Of a DNA stretch of 29,017 nucleotides, positions 1-9,476 are shown in pieces (the first letter of the stretch is position 1; each line of letters starts with the position of its first letter). The notes beneath the pieces are model-generated. The model did not search any database, was not told where the DNA came from, and saw only the letters and a list, made by a program, of their open reading frames with translations. The position numbers and the translations under genes were made by a program. This DNA is from Myxococcota bacterium (GTDB lineage Bacteria; Myxococcota; JACRCW01): positions 1 to 29,017 of the forward strand of contig JBFMGU010000133.1 in the NCBI GenBank assembly GCA_040752415.1, given 5' to 3'.

Positions 1-145
1 GCGCGGGGGCTGGCGGGGTGGGGGCCTGGGCCACGGTCGGCGTCGACGAAGTCTTTGCGTCGGGGAAGACCACGTTGAAGACCACGGCCGCGCCGCCCAC
101 CAGGAGCAGCAGCACCACCGACAGCAGTGCGACCCGTCGACCCAT
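1..145 (-). CDS. 5' part of a membrane-anchored or exported protein (runs off the left edge)
   Basis: ATG at 145 reads MGRRVALLSVVLLLLVGGAAVVFNVVFPDAKTSSTPTVAQAPTPPAPA: basic N-terminus, hydrophobic helix, Pro/Thr linker. The frame is open to the edge, divergent from the thioesterase, and not in the ORF track. Confidence 0.7.
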   Translation of the reverse strand, partial: MGRRVALLSVVLLLLVGGAAVVFNVVFPDAKTSSTPTVAQAPTPPAPA

Positions 146-212
146 CGCGCGACCTACTGTAGTTCCCTGCGGCCCCAGCGCCACTCCCTGGCGCGGCAAC
201 AGGTCCAGAGGC

Positions 213-641
213 ATGTCTTTCACTTCCATACAGCGCATCCGGTTTGACGACGTGGATGGCGCTGGAATCGTCTACTACCCGCGGTTCTTCCACCTGTGTC
301 ACGCGGCGTTCGAGGACTTCTTCAACGCGGAGGGCCCCTACAGCTACCCGGAGCTCATCGGGAAGCGGCGCATGGGATTCCCCACGGTGCACCTGGAGTC
401 GGACTTCCGCTTCCCGCTCAAGTACGGCGACAGCGCGCGCGTCACGCTGGCGGTGGAGAAGGTGGGCCACAAGAGCGCCACGTTCCGCTACACCATCCAC
501 CGCGACGAGGGTGGCGAGCTGTCATTCGAGTGTCGCATCGTCACCGCGCTCATGGACCTCAACACCGGCAAGAGCGTGGCCATCGAGGGAGAGCTGCGGT
601 CATTGCTGCTGCGCCATCAGGCGGAGAGCAGCCACTCGTAG
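213..641 (+). CDS. Acyl-CoA thioesterase, hotdog fold (4-hydroxybenzoyl-CoA thioesterase/YbgC-FadM-like), 142 aa
   Basis: Signature IRFDDVDGAGIVYYPRFF, then FPTVHLESDFRFPLKYGD and VEKVGHKS. ATG 213 follows AGAGG; the track's start at 18 is over-extended. Confidence 0.88.
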   Translation: MSFTSIQRIRFDDVDGAGIVYYPRFFHLCHAAFEDFFNAEGPYSYPELIGKRRMGFPTVHLESDFRFPLKYGDSARVTLAVEKVGHKSATFRYTIHRDEGGELSFECRIVTALMDLNTGKSVAIEGELRSLLLRHQAESSHS

Positions 642-1780
642 ATGTTCTCCTGCTGCTTGACCATGGCGTGGATGTCGAACTCCTTGAGCAGCGACGTCGC
701 GCGCTCGGTCACCGCGGGCGGAGTGCGCAAGAGCGTGAGCACCGCGTTCCCCAGCGCGTCCGCGTCTCCCACGGGAACCACCTGCCCCGTCCCCTCCACG
801 ACGACCTCGCGCGTCCCACCCGCGTCGGTGGCGGCCACGGGCAGCCCGGCGGAGAGCGCTTCCAGCACGCTGCGCGGCAATCCCTCGTGCACGCTGGAGA
901 GCATGGAGACGTCGCCCGCGGCGAGGATGCGCGGCACGTCGTGGCGCCAGCCCAGCACATGGATGCGGTTGGTGAGCCCCAGCTGGGCGGCCTCGGCGTC
1001 AAACGCGGCGCGCAGCTCACCCTCGCCGACAAAGACCCAGTGCGCCTGCGGCAGCTCGGCGGCCACGCGGGCGAAGGCCTTGAGGCCCACCAGCGGCGCC
1101 TTCTGGGCCTTGAAGTTGGCCACGGTGACCACCACCGGCGCGTCGACGGGAATCTGCAGCTCCGCGCGCACGGCGGCCCGGGCCTCGGCGTCGGGATGGA
1201 ACGCGCTGAGGTCAATGCCGCTGCGGATGAGGTGCCCGCCGTCCTTGGCCACCAGGCGCAGCTTCTCCGCGGTCTCCATGTCGCGCTTGCTCACGAAGAT
1301 CATGGCATCCGTGAAGCCGCTCACCGCGCGCTCGGCCAGCTGATAGGCCTGGCGCACCGCCCACGCCTGTCCGTCGTGGAAGCCGAAGCCGTGCACGGTG
1401 TGGACGATGGCGCGCGCCCCCAGCCGCTTGGCCGCCACGCGTCCCAGGATGCCCGCCTTGGACGAGTGCGTGTGCACCACCAGCTGTCCATGCGTCTTCT
1501 TGTGATGCAGCGCGATGGCGTTGCGGACCTCCTCCATGGCCTTGAGGTCCTGCGCGGGTGAGACGGGGCGCGCCAGCGCGGGACAGAAGATGACCGGGAT
1601 GCCCAGCTTGCGCGCTTCCTCGTCGAGGACGCCGCCCGGCCCGCACACCAGCGAGGCGCGGAAGCGCTTCTTGTCCAGGTTGGCCACGGTGTGCAGCGTG
1701 TTGCGCTGCGCGCCGCCCAGCTCCAGCTGCGTGATCACGTGGACCACCGCCGGCCGTTTGTCCATGTCGTCGCGGCTCAC
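617..1780 (-). CDS. Glycosyltransferase family 4 (GT-B fold)
   Basis: VHVITQLELGGAQR, HTHSSKAGILGR, HTVHG and the E-x7-E motif HEGLPRSVLEALSAGLPVAATDAGG. Start is GTG 1780 (GTGA overlap with the upstream stop) or ATG 1765. Confidence 0.92.
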   Translation of the reverse strand: MSRDDMDKRPAVVHVITQLELGGAQRNTLHTVANLDKKRFRASLVCGPGGVLDEEARKLGIPVIFCPALARPVSPAQDLKAMEEVRNAIALHHKKTHGQLVVHTHSSKAGILGRVAAKRLGARAIVHTVHGFGFHDGQAWAVRQAYQLAERAVSGFTDAMIFVSKRDMETAEKLRLVAKDGGHLIRSGIDLSAFHPDAEARAAVRAELQIPVDAPVVVTVANFKAQKAPLVGLKAFARVAAELPQAHWVFVGEGELRAAFDAEAAQLGLTNRIHVLGWRHDVPRILAAGDVSMLSSVHEGLPRSVLEALSAGLPVAATDAGGTREVVVEGTGQVVPVGDADALGNAVLTLLRTPPAVTERATSLLKEFDIHAMVKQQENIYEWLLSA

Positions 1781-2844
1781 CCCACCAGCTCCCTCTCGCC
1801 GCGCGGCTCCGCGGCGGTCTGCGTGCGGTCCGCCGGCACGGGCGCGGGCACCTTCCGGGGATCCACGCGCCACAGGAGCATTCCCGCCAGCAAGCTGAAC
1901 GCCATCCCCATGATGCCGACGGCAAGCGCGATGCGCACGTCGGCCCGCGCCGCGGCCACACCACCCAGGCTGCACAGCGCGGTGATCACCATGGCACCGG
2001 CGGCAATGCGCGCGGGACTGACCCCGTGACGACGGAGGCGCACCGCGAAGTGGTCCGGCGAGCCGTGATAGATGCGCAGCCCCAGGTGCATGCGACACAC
2101 CACCACGAAGGTCATGTCAAACAGCGGGACGGCGAGGATGGCCAGCGGCGTGATGAGCGGCGCCACCGGGTTTTGCTGCGAGTACTGGCTCATCACCGTC
2201 ACCGCGGCCAACGTGATGCCCACCAGCATGCTCCCGGTGTCGCCCAGGTACATGCGCGCGGGCCGCCAGTTGTGACGCAGGAAGCCCACCAGGCCACCGC
2301 ACAGCGCGGCGCACAGGAAGGCCTCCGCGGTCAGTCCGGTGTGCAGGCACCACAGTCCCAGCACCAGGCCGGCCACCGCGCCCACGCCGGCGCACAGACC
2401 GTCGCTGACGTCGAGGATGTTGAACGCGTTGGTGACGCTGACAATCCAGAACACGGTGGCCACGTCGGCCACGTACCAGGGCACGGCGTCCAGGTGGATG
2501 GTGATGCCGCCCTTCACCAGCACCAGCGCCGCCAGGATCTGGCCCAGCAGCTTGTCCTTGGGGACCAGGGTGCCCAGGTCGTCGACGAGACCCACGCTCA
2601 CCACCAGGCTGGCGCCGAGGAGGAGCGCCATGAGACGCGCGTCGAACTCCTGCGTCACGCTCAGGGCCACCAGCATGGCAATGAACACCACCAGGCCGCC
2701 CAGGTAGGCCACCGGTTTGTGCTGTTCCTTCAGCTTCCCGTCGCCATGGTCGAGGATGCCGTAACGCTCCGCGGCGTGGATCAGCAGCGGCGCCACGTAG
2801 AGCGCAATGCCGGTGGCCAGCAGCAGCGTGAGGGCAAACAACAC
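1777..2844 (-). CDS. MraY/WecA/TagO-family polyprenyl-phosphate N-acetylhexosamine-1-phosphate transferase
   Basis: About 10-11 hydrophobic segments; motifs KPVAYLGGL, VGLVDD, TNAFNILDVSDGL and NWRPARMYLGDTGS. Confidence 0.9.
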   Translation of the reverse strand: MLFALTLLLATGIALYVAPLLIHAAERYGILDHGDGKLKEQHKPVAYLGGLVVFIAMLVALSVTQEFDARLMALLLGASLVVSVGLVDDLGTLVPKDKLLGQILAALVLVKGGITIHLDAVPWYVADVATVFWIVSVTNAFNILDVSDGLCAGVGAVAGLVLGLWCLHTGLTAEAFLCAALCGGLVGFLRHNWRPARMYLGDTGSMLVGITLAAVTVMSQYSQQNPVAPLITPLAILAVPLFDMTFVVVCRMHLGLRIYHGSPDHFAVRLRRHGVSPARIAAGAMVITALCSLGGVAAARADVRIALAVGIMGMAFSLLAGMLLWRVDPRKVPAPVPADRTQTAAEPRGERELVG

Positions 2845-2864
2845 GTCAGCAATCCTGCCGCATC

Positions 2865-3839
2865 TCAGGCACGGGACGCCACGGGCGCGGCGGTGGGCGG
2901 ACGCTGGAAGCGCTGGGGGAAGAGCTCCCGCAGGAGTGCGTGCATGTGCGACGCGTTGGCCTCCAGGGCCTCCTTGCGCGCCACGTCGACGAGCTCGTCG
3001 GCGAACTCACCGCAGGTCTTGAAGCGGTTGCCGGGCTTGCGCTCCAGCGCCTTGAGCATGGCGTTCTGCAGCCGACGGGGAATCTCGCCCTCGACCTTGC
3101 GCGGCTTGACGAACTTGGCGTCCTTGACGCGCTCCATCAGGTCCACCTCGGTCTCGCCCGGCGCCACGTAGTACGCGCGTCGACCGGTGCAGAGCTCGTA
3201 GAGGACCAGGCCCACGGCGAACTCGTCGGTGCGACCGTCCAGCGGCTCACCGCGGATCTGCTCCGGCGCCATGAAGCTGAGCTTGCCCTTCACGCCCACG
3301 TTGAGACTGGTGAAGCCCTCCAGCGCGGAGAGCTTGGCAATGCCAAAGTCCGCCACCTTCACCTGGCCGGCCAGGCTGCAGAAGAGGTTCTCCGGGCTGA
3401 TGTCGCGGTGTATGATGCCAAAGGGCCGTCCCGACGACGGAGAGCGCGCCTGGTGCACGTAGTCCAGCCCGCGCAGCGCCTGGATGCAGACGTAGATGGC
3501 CACCGCCATGCTGATGCCCACACCCTGCTCGATGGAGGCGCGCTGCACGTCGGAGAGGTCCGGGCCGTCCATCATCTCCATGACCATGTAGTAGCGGCCG
3601 TAGAACTCCCCGCTCTCATAGACCTGGACGATGTTGGGGTGGCGCAGCATGGTGGTGACGTCGGCCTCGGTGAGGAACATGTCCACCACGTCCGCACGGC
3701 CCTCCAGCTCCGGCAGCAGACGCTTGAGCACGAGCGGAGGAGAGCCCGGGGGCGCGTTCATGCGCTGCGCCTCGAACACCTCGCTCATGCCGCCCTGCGC
3801 CAGGCGCCGGATGAGGACGTAGTTGCCGAACTGCTCCAT
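2865..3839 (-). CDS. Hanks-type Ser/Thr protein kinase (kinase domain only, 324 aa)
   Basis: LAQGGMSEV, LVLKRL, HPNIVQV, HRDISPEN, DFGIAK, KGKLSFMAPEQ. No transmembrane or sensor extension. Confidence 0.93.
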   Translation of the reverse strand: MEQFGNYVLIRRLAQGGMSEVFEAQRMNAPPGSPPLVLKRLLPELEGRADVVDMFLTEADVTTMLRHPNIVQVYESGEFYGRYYMVMEMMDGPDLSDVQRASIEQGVGISMAVAIYVCIQALRGLDYVHQARSPSSGRPFGIIHRDISPENLFCSLAGQVKVADFGIAKLSALEGFTSLNVGVKGKLSFMAPEQIRGEPLDGRTDEFAVGLVLYELCTGRRAYYVAPGETEVDLMERVKDAKFVKPRKVEGEIPRRLQNAMLKALERKPGNRFKTCGEFADELVDVARKEALEANASHMHALLRELFPQRFQRPPTAAPVASRA

Positions 3840-3923
3840 GACGGGTGACCGCGCTCTCCATGCGCCTCGACGGGAATTCGGGCGCCGACAGACGCTAGCA
3901 GCCGCCGGCTCCCCCGAGAAGCC

Positions 3924-4457
3924 TCAAGGTACGCCCGCGTCCTGCTCCAGCCTGGGCATCCGCAAGGTCTCGAGCCGCAGCGTGGGACGCAGACAACCCG
4001 CGCCCGCCGTCACCGACACCACACGCACCGCCACCGCCTGGCGCAGCGCCGCACGCGCGTCCTCATCCAGGCCCGGATCCGTGGGGATCAGCGTGGGCCC
4101 CTCCGGTCGGGAGCGCGGCACGCACGCCACCACCAGTCGATCCGTCGCCAGCGGCGCGCCCTGGGCATCCACGAGCTGCAGTCGGAGATGGACGTCCTGC
4201 GGGATCTTCTCCGTCGACGTGAAGGTGATCCCCGCCGGCCCCTCGCCACCCGGCGCCAGCTCCACGACGATCCCGGGGACACCACCATCCACCACGACGA
4301 GGGTCGCGCCGCCACCGTCGAGCGGGGTCAACCGCTGCGCCGCGGATTGGAGCGCGCCGGTCCCCTCCGACGGTTTCTCCTTCTCCCGGCGGGAGCACGC
4401 CGCCACGCACGCAAGGGCCAGGAGACATGCAACGGCAGCACGAACGGGAGCGGGCAT
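3924..4457 (-). CDS. Hypothetical lipoprotein, 177 aa
   Basis: Signal peptide with lipobox-like VAAC (MPAPVRAAVACLLALACVAAC); co-oriented just upstream of the kinase. Confidence 0.65.
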   Translation of the reverse strand: MPAPVRAAVACLLALACVAACSRREKEKPSEGTGALQSAAQRLTPLDGGGATLVVVDGGVPGIVVELAPGGEGPAGITFTSTEKIPQDVHLRLQLVDAQGAPLATDRLVVACVPRSRPEGPTLIPTDPGLDEDARAALRQAVAVRVVSVTAGAGCLRPTLRLETLRMPRLEQDAGVP

Positions 4458-4593
4458 GGCGGCAACCTACCGCACAACGCGGGCGCGAGGTGACCGGGGT
4501 CACGAGGGCGGCCAGTGTCGCGCGGGGTCCGGGTGGCGTGTAACCTGCCGCGTCCTGAATGGGGGAAACCCCGGCGAGAACATGGAGGATGCC

Positions 4594-6873
4594 GTGAGGA
4601 AGCAGGCGTGGCTGTTGGGTGCGGTGCTGAGCCTGACGGGCTGTCCCGACTGCAGTGAGCTGCTGGAGGGACCGGGGTTCTACGGGAAGATCACGCTGGC
4701 GGGCGGTTCCTCGTCGACGGCGGGAGCGGAGAAGCCGGCGGGGGGGCTGGCGCTTCCGATTGCCCGCGCGGTGCGCACGCTGCCGTCCAACATGCGCACG
4801 CTGGCCAACCACGTCCTGGCCGACCACAACGGCACGCCGCGCTTCTCCGGTCCGCAGAAGCCCGCGCAGCGCGAGCCTCTCGTCGAGAAATGGCGCCCGG
4901 GGCAGGTCATTGTGGCCAGCACGCTGCCGCAGCGTCGCAACCTGGGTCAGCTCACCGCCTCGCTCAACACCTCGCTGCAGCCGCTGCAGATGACCGCGCG
5001 CCTGGCCGCCTGCAACGAGGCCACCACGTGCCTGTGGAAGGTGCATGATCGCGACGGGAAGCTCATTGACCTCGAGGCCACGCGTCGCGCCGCGGAGCAC
5101 ATGAACACCGCGCGAGAGGTCCGCTACGCCGAGCTGAACCGCATCCGCGTGGCCATGGCCGAGCCCAACGACGAGTACCGGGGCCTGCAGTGGCACTACG
5201 ACCTGATGAACCTGCCCGCGGCGTGGGACGTCACCACCGGGAGCAACAACGTCACGGTCGCGGTGATCGACACCGGGATCAGCTACGCCAACCCCGACTT
5301 CACCGGTCGGCTGGGCAGCGGCGTGGACCTGATCAGCGAGGCCACCATCTCCAACGACGGCGACGGTCGCGACAACGACCCCGAGGATCCCGGCGACGAC
5401 CCCGCGGCCGGTGGCGGCACGTTCCACGGCACGCACGTGGCGGGCACCATTGGGGCGGCCAGCGACAACGACACCGGCGTGGCGGGCGTGTCCTGGCAGG
5501 GCGTCATCCTGCCGGTGCGCGCGCTGGGCATTGGCGGCGGAACGGACTTCGACATCGCCGGCGGCGTGCGTTGGGCCATTGGCGAGGACGTGGAAGGCGT
5601 CTCCGGCAATGACCGGCCCGCCGACGTCATCAACATGTCGCTGGGAGGTGCGGGCAACAGCTTCACCGAGGAGGAGGCCATCGAGGCCGCAGTGTCGGCG
5701 GGCGCGCTGGTGTTCGTGGCGGCGGGGAACGAAGACCAGGATGCCAGCAGCTTCACGCCGGCCAACATCGAGGCGGCCATCACCGTGGGAGCGGTGAACG
5801 CCGCGGGCTCCCGCGCAAGCTACAGCAACTTCGGCTCGGCGGTGGACGTCATGGCGCCGGGCGGGCAGATGGAGGAGGACCGCACCGGAGATGGCTACGG
5901 CGACGGCGTCCTCTCCACGCTGCGCACCAGCTACGACTTCGTCCACGGCACCTCCATGGCCACCCCACACGTGGCGGGGCTGGGCGTGCTGATGAAGTCG
6001 CTCAACCCGGCGATCACGCAGGAGGACGCGGTGGCCATCCTGAAGGACACCGCGCGCACGGAGGACCAGTTCCGCTGCGACGAGTGCGGCGGCGCGGCCC
6101 TCATCGACGCGGCCTCGGTGGTGGCGCGACTGGCGGGCGGTGCCAACGCGCCGTTCCTCTCCGTGAGCCCGGGCGGTGCGTTCCTGGCGGCGCGGGAGAA
6201 CCAGCTCACCGTCACCGTGCGCAACAGCGGCGCGGGCTCACTGGCGTGGAGCGCGGAGTTCGAGGGCAACCCGCAGGGCTTCTCCATTGACGGCGCCACC
6301 AGCGGCTCCCTGGATTCCCGGCAGAGCACGACGCTGAATGTGGTGCTGAACCGGCAAGCACGGTCCGGCGTGGCCACGCTGCTGGTGCGTGCGCCCAATG
6401 AAGACAACCAGGACCGTCGCATCTCCCTGCGTTACGACGAAGCGCTCAGCCGCAAGAAGCCCGACGTGCCCGAGGCGATTGTGGGCGCGCTCATCCGCAA
6501 GGGGGAGGAGCTGGAGGTGGCCAATGACAAGAACGGAGACCCGGCCGCGCGCCTGGCCAAGCGTGACGACGGATTCACCTTCAAGCTGGAGCCGCTGGAT
6601 CCCAACGAGTACCTGATCGTGGGAATCACCGACGACAACGGCAATGGCCAGTGGGAAGACGGCGAAGGCATTGGCCTCTACCCGGACCTGGCGGACCCGA
6701 AGTTCGTGAAGCTGGAAGAAGACCAGAAGCTCACCGACGTGAACTTCGTGGTGCGACCCACGTTCCTGGGTGGCGAGAACACCTGCCCGGAGAACAGCCA
6801 CGCCGACGGAGAGAACTGCATCTGCGACAGCGCCTTCCACGTCTCCGACGACGGACGCTCCTGCGTGCAGTGA
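4594..6873 (+). CDS. Subtilisin-like S8 serine protease, lipoprotein, with C-terminal Ig-like, Ca-binding-loop and EGF-like Cys modules
   Basis: Catalytic triad VAVIDTG / HGTHVAGTI / GTSMATPHVAG, oxyanion AAGNE and the NDGDGRDNDPEDPGD insertion. GGAGG precedes GTG 4594, lipobox LTGC. The track's start at 3823 is over-extended. Confidence 0.93.
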   Translation: MRKQAWLLGAVLSLTGCPDCSELLEGPGFYGKITLAGGSSSTAGAEKPAGGLALPIARAVRTLPSNMRTLANHVLADHNGTPRFSGPQKPAQREPLVEKWRPGQVIVASTLPQRRNLGQLTASLNTSLQPLQMTARLAACNEATTCLWKVHDRDGKLIDLEATRRAAEHMNTAREVRYAELNRIRVAMAEPNDEYRGLQWHYDLMNLPAAWDVTTGSNNVTVAVIDTGISYANPDFTGRLGSGVDLISEATISNDGDGRDNDPEDPGDDPAAGGGTFHGTHVAGTIGAASDNDTGVAGVSWQGVILPVRALGIGGGTDFDIAGGVRWAIGEDVEGVSGNDRPADVINMSLGGAGNSFTEEEAIEAAVSAGALVFVAAGNEDQDASSFTPANIEAAITVGAVNAAGSRASYSNFGSAVDVMAPGGQMEEDRTGDGYGDGVLSTLRTSYDFVHGTSMATPHVAGLGVLMKSLNPAITQEDAVAILKDTARTEDQFRCDECGGAALIDAASVVARLAGGANAPFLSVSPGGAFLAARENQLTVTVRNSGAGSLAWSAEFEGNPQGFSIDGATSGSLDSRQSTTLNVVLNRQARSGVATLLVRAPNEDNQDRRISLRYDEALSRKKPDVPEAIVGALIRKGEELEVANDKNGDPAARLAKRDDGFTFKLEPLDPNEYLIVGITDDNGNGQWEDGEGIGLYPDLADPKFVKLEEDQKLTDVNFVVRPTFLGGENTCPENSHADGENCICDSAFHVSDDGRSCVQ

Positions 6874-6898
6874 CGCGTGGACCGCGGGCGAACCGCGG

Positions 6899-7018
6899 GG
6901 CGCTGACCAGGGCGGCGAGGGCCCGCCGCACTCCAGGTCGAGGACCGTTCCCGACGGTGAAGACACGCTGGCGCTGGCCAGGGCGGCGAGGGCCCGCCGC
7001 ACTCCAGGTCGTGGTCCG
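6899..7018. repeat. Two direct copies of a ~49-bp palindromic REP-like element between convergent genes
   Basis: Identical 34-bp core CCAGGGCGGCGAGGGCCCGCCGCACTCCAGGTCG at 6907-6940 and 6978-7011 (period 71 bp), each with the hairpin GCGGCG-AGGGCC-CGCCGC. Similarity extends into the flanks. Confidence 0.8.
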
Positions 7019-7091
7019 CTTGCGACGTTCGCGAAACGCGATGGGTTGCGTGTGCTGACCGGAGCGCTGGCGTCGTCGTCGCGGACGGTTG

Positions 7092-9476
7092 TTACATCCG
7101 GTAGGAGGCGCGCAGCAGCAGCATCTGGTTGGCCTGGTGCAGGTCACGCGGGATGTACTTGCCGTCGCCGAGGATGAACTCCTGGATGAGCGGCTCCTCC
7201 TCGAACATGGCCATGTAGCTGAGGTCAAACGTGAGACCCCAGGCCACGCGGTACATGGCGCTGGCGTCGAAGATGAAGGCCTGCCCGGTGGCCTTGGGCG
7301 GATAGAGCGCGGCGTCCGCGCCGGGGTTGGAGCCGTTGGCGCGGTAATCCACGTCGGACGTGTAGTAGCGCTCGTTCTCGCTCAGCTCGTAGGTGAAGCC
7401 GCTGTCCAGGAACAGGTAATCGAATGCCTGCACGCCCACGCGGGCCCGGGCAATCAGCGCGCGGTTGTGCCAGGAATCAATGGCGGTGGCGCTGATGTCG
7501 TAGGTGATGTTGTCGTAGAGCGTGGGGTCACGCAGGCCGGCGGTGAGGCCCACGCGCACGTAGTCATCCTGGTTGGGATAGCGGTCCTTGCCCTCGTTGT
7601 CGGCGTCGCACTCGTCCTTGGTGTAGTAGAGCTCCGGCACGCCGTCCTTGCCGGGATTGCCGTCCGCGTCCTTGCGGTCCCGCGCGCACGCGCTGCCGCC
7701 AATGGGCCGCGGCTTGGGGTGATCCCGACGCCACTCCATGAACGCCTCGCTGTAGAGCTGCGCGGACGCGGTGGGGAAGAAGAAGCCCATGGGCGAGACC
7801 CAGCCCAGCACGCGGAGGCGCTCGCGCTGCACCATGCCCAGGTTCTCGAGGTTGAAGACCTTGCTGTCGATCTGGGTCTTCATGCGCGCCACCTGCTTCT
7901 CCCCGTAGGGATTGCCGTTCTTGCGGCGCGCGTCGTCGACCTGCGCGAACGCGTACTGCTGCAGCATGTCGCTCTGGTAGTAGTTCCAGCTCAACGCCGT
8001 CACGTAGGACTGGTAGTGGTGGAACTGCACGTTGAGGGAGAGCGGCAGGTCACCGCGGAAGGTCATGTCGGCGAGCGCCTCGCGCAGGCCAAAGCTCGTG
8101 TCCAGCAGCGGGTGGGAGTAGTCGGTGATGCGCAGCGGGTCGTCGCCCTTGGGCGGGGTGCCCAGCACCGTGTCGTTGTCGATGGCTTCCTGCAGGTTCC
8201 ACGCGCGCAGGCCCCACGGGTCCCAGCTCAGGCGCAGCGAGAAGTTCAGCGGCGCGGTGGGACGGAAGGTGGTGGCGTTGTTGATGAGCACCGCGTCCAC
8301 GACGTGCACCGCGGTGTCCAGGGGATCCCGTCCCAACCGCTCGATCACCGGCTGGCTGTTGGCCAGGTCACGGTTGCGCATCTGGTAGCGCGGCAGCGGC
8401 GTGAAGAACGTGGCCTGCACGCTGGTGTCGGAGGTGAACATGGGCAGGCGCAGCGCGAAGTAGCCGCCCGCCGTCATGAACTGCGCGTGCAGGACCGTCT
8501 GCGCCTCCCAGAAGTCGAACCACCACTGCTTGAAGTCCGGGTCCTCCAGCGAGCTGGTCACCGGGTAGGTGGAGACGTGGCACCAATTGGCCTCCCTGCG
8601 CTCCTTGGTGCACTCCGTGTCGGTGGGGAAGAACCCGTCGACGTTGCGGTAGTCATGATCCAGCCACATGCGCGGGTGCAGCGGATTGGGCATGAACCCG
8701 GCGAAGCCGCCCACGCGGATCATGTCCAGGATGCCCACGTCCGCGTGCACGCCGTCGACGGTGGACTGGTACGTGTACGGCACAATGGCGCGCCCCAGCG
8801 TCAGCGAGAACAGTGGGTGCCGCACGGCGAGGTTGGCCTCGGTGACGCGGTCGAACGTGTAGTAACGCGGGTGCCGCACGCCGCTGCGACCACGGTAGCG
8901 CTCCGTGCTCAGCAGCGAGTCACCGTTGGTGTTGATGGGCCGGTAGTACGCGCGCTGCTGCATGAAGCCGTCAAAGTGCAGCCCCACCGGCAGACCGAAC
9001 AACGTGTCGGCGTCGACCTGCGCGCCGATCTGCCCGTAGCCCCACTCCACCTGCAGCGGGCTGGACACGGTGTAGAGCGTGCTGGTCCACACCTTCCCGT
9101 CGACGGTGTTGGGCATGGGCCGCGGCACGTACTTCTCCGCCATGATGGGCAGCTTGCGTGCGCCCGGCGGGGAGAGCACCTGCGGCCACGTCTGCGGCAC
9201 CGCGGGAGCCGTCTTGGGTGGTGCCTTGCCCGCGTCGGCGGGTGGGGCATTCACCGACGGAGCCTGAGCGGCCGGGGCCTCCCCCGTCGTCGCAGGAGCG
9301 GGTGCGGGGGCGGGCTGCGCGGGAGCGGGCTCCGCCGCGGGAGTGGGCTGCGGTGCGGGCGCGGGTTGCTGCGCGGGCGTGGGTTGCGCGGTGGCCTGAC
9401 GCGCGGCCGCGCGTGCGTCGACGATGGAGCCGAGCGTCAGGCCGAGCGCGAGGAGGAGCGCGTTGCGTCGCATCAT
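7092..9476 (-). CDS. Putative outer-membrane beta-barrel protein (candidate porin partner of the multiheme cytochrome), 794 aa
   Basis: Sec signal MMRRNALLLALGLTLGSIVDARA, a P/A/Q-rich linker, and many amphipathic strands (VRVGLTAGLRD, YDISATAIDS, LIARARVGVQAF, LFLDSGFTYELS, FIFDASAMYRV, LTFDLSYMAMF). C-terminal strand LLLRASYRM resembles a BAM beta-signal. ATG 9476 overlaps the cytochrome stop (ATGA). Confidence 0.75.
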   Translation of the reverse strand: MMRRNALLLALGLTLGSIVDARAAARQATAQPTPAQQPAPAPQPTPAAEPAPAQPAPAPAPATTGEAPAAQAPSVNAPPADAGKAPPKTAPAVPQTWPQVLSPPGARKLPIMAEKYVPRPMPNTVDGKVWTSTLYTVSSPLQVEWGYGQIGAQVDADTLFGLPVGLHFDGFMQQRAYYRPINTNGDSLLSTERYRGRSGVRHPRYYTFDRVTEANLAVRHPLFSLTLGRAIVPYTYQSTVDGVHADVGILDMIRVGGFAGFMPNPLHPRMWLDHDYRNVDGFFPTDTECTKERREANWCHVSTYPVTSSLEDPDFKQWWFDFWEAQTVLHAQFMTAGGYFALRLPMFTSDTSVQATFFTPLPRYQMRNRDLANSQPVIERLGRDPLDTAVHVVDAVLINNATTFRPTAPLNFSLRLSWDPWGLRAWNLQEAIDNDTVLGTPPKGDDPLRITDYSHPLLDTSFGLREALADMTFRGDLPLSLNVQFHHYQSYVTALSWNYYQSDMLQQYAFAQVDDARRKNGNPYGEKQVARMKTQIDSKVFNLENLGMVQRERLRVLGWVSPMGFFFPTASAQLYSEAFMEWRRDHPKPRPIGGSACARDRKDADGNPGKDGVPELYYTKDECDADNEGKDRYPNQDDYVRVGLTAGLRDPTLYDNITYDISATAIDSWHNRALIARARVGVQAFDYLFLDSGFTYELSENERYYTSDVDYRANGSNPGADAALYPPKATGQAFIFDASAMYRVAWGLTFDLSYMAMFEEEPLIQEFILGDGKYIPRDLHQANQMLLLRASYRM

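Noticed and set aside
617..641. 25-bp tail-to-tail overlap of the thioesterase and GT4 as antisense regulation
   Set aside because: Short convergent overlaps are common in compact high-GC genomes; no further evidence.
3823..4593. 257-codon N-terminal extension of the S8 protease in the ORF track
   Set aside because: It overlaps the opposite-strand lipoprotein gene; the RBS and lipoprotein signal point to GTG 4594.
6907..7011. Mini-CRISPR reading (34-bp repeat, 37-bp spacer, 34-bp repeat)
   Set aside because: Only two copies, similarity continues into the spacer and flanks, and there are no cas genes or AT-rich leader. A REP-like doublet fits better.
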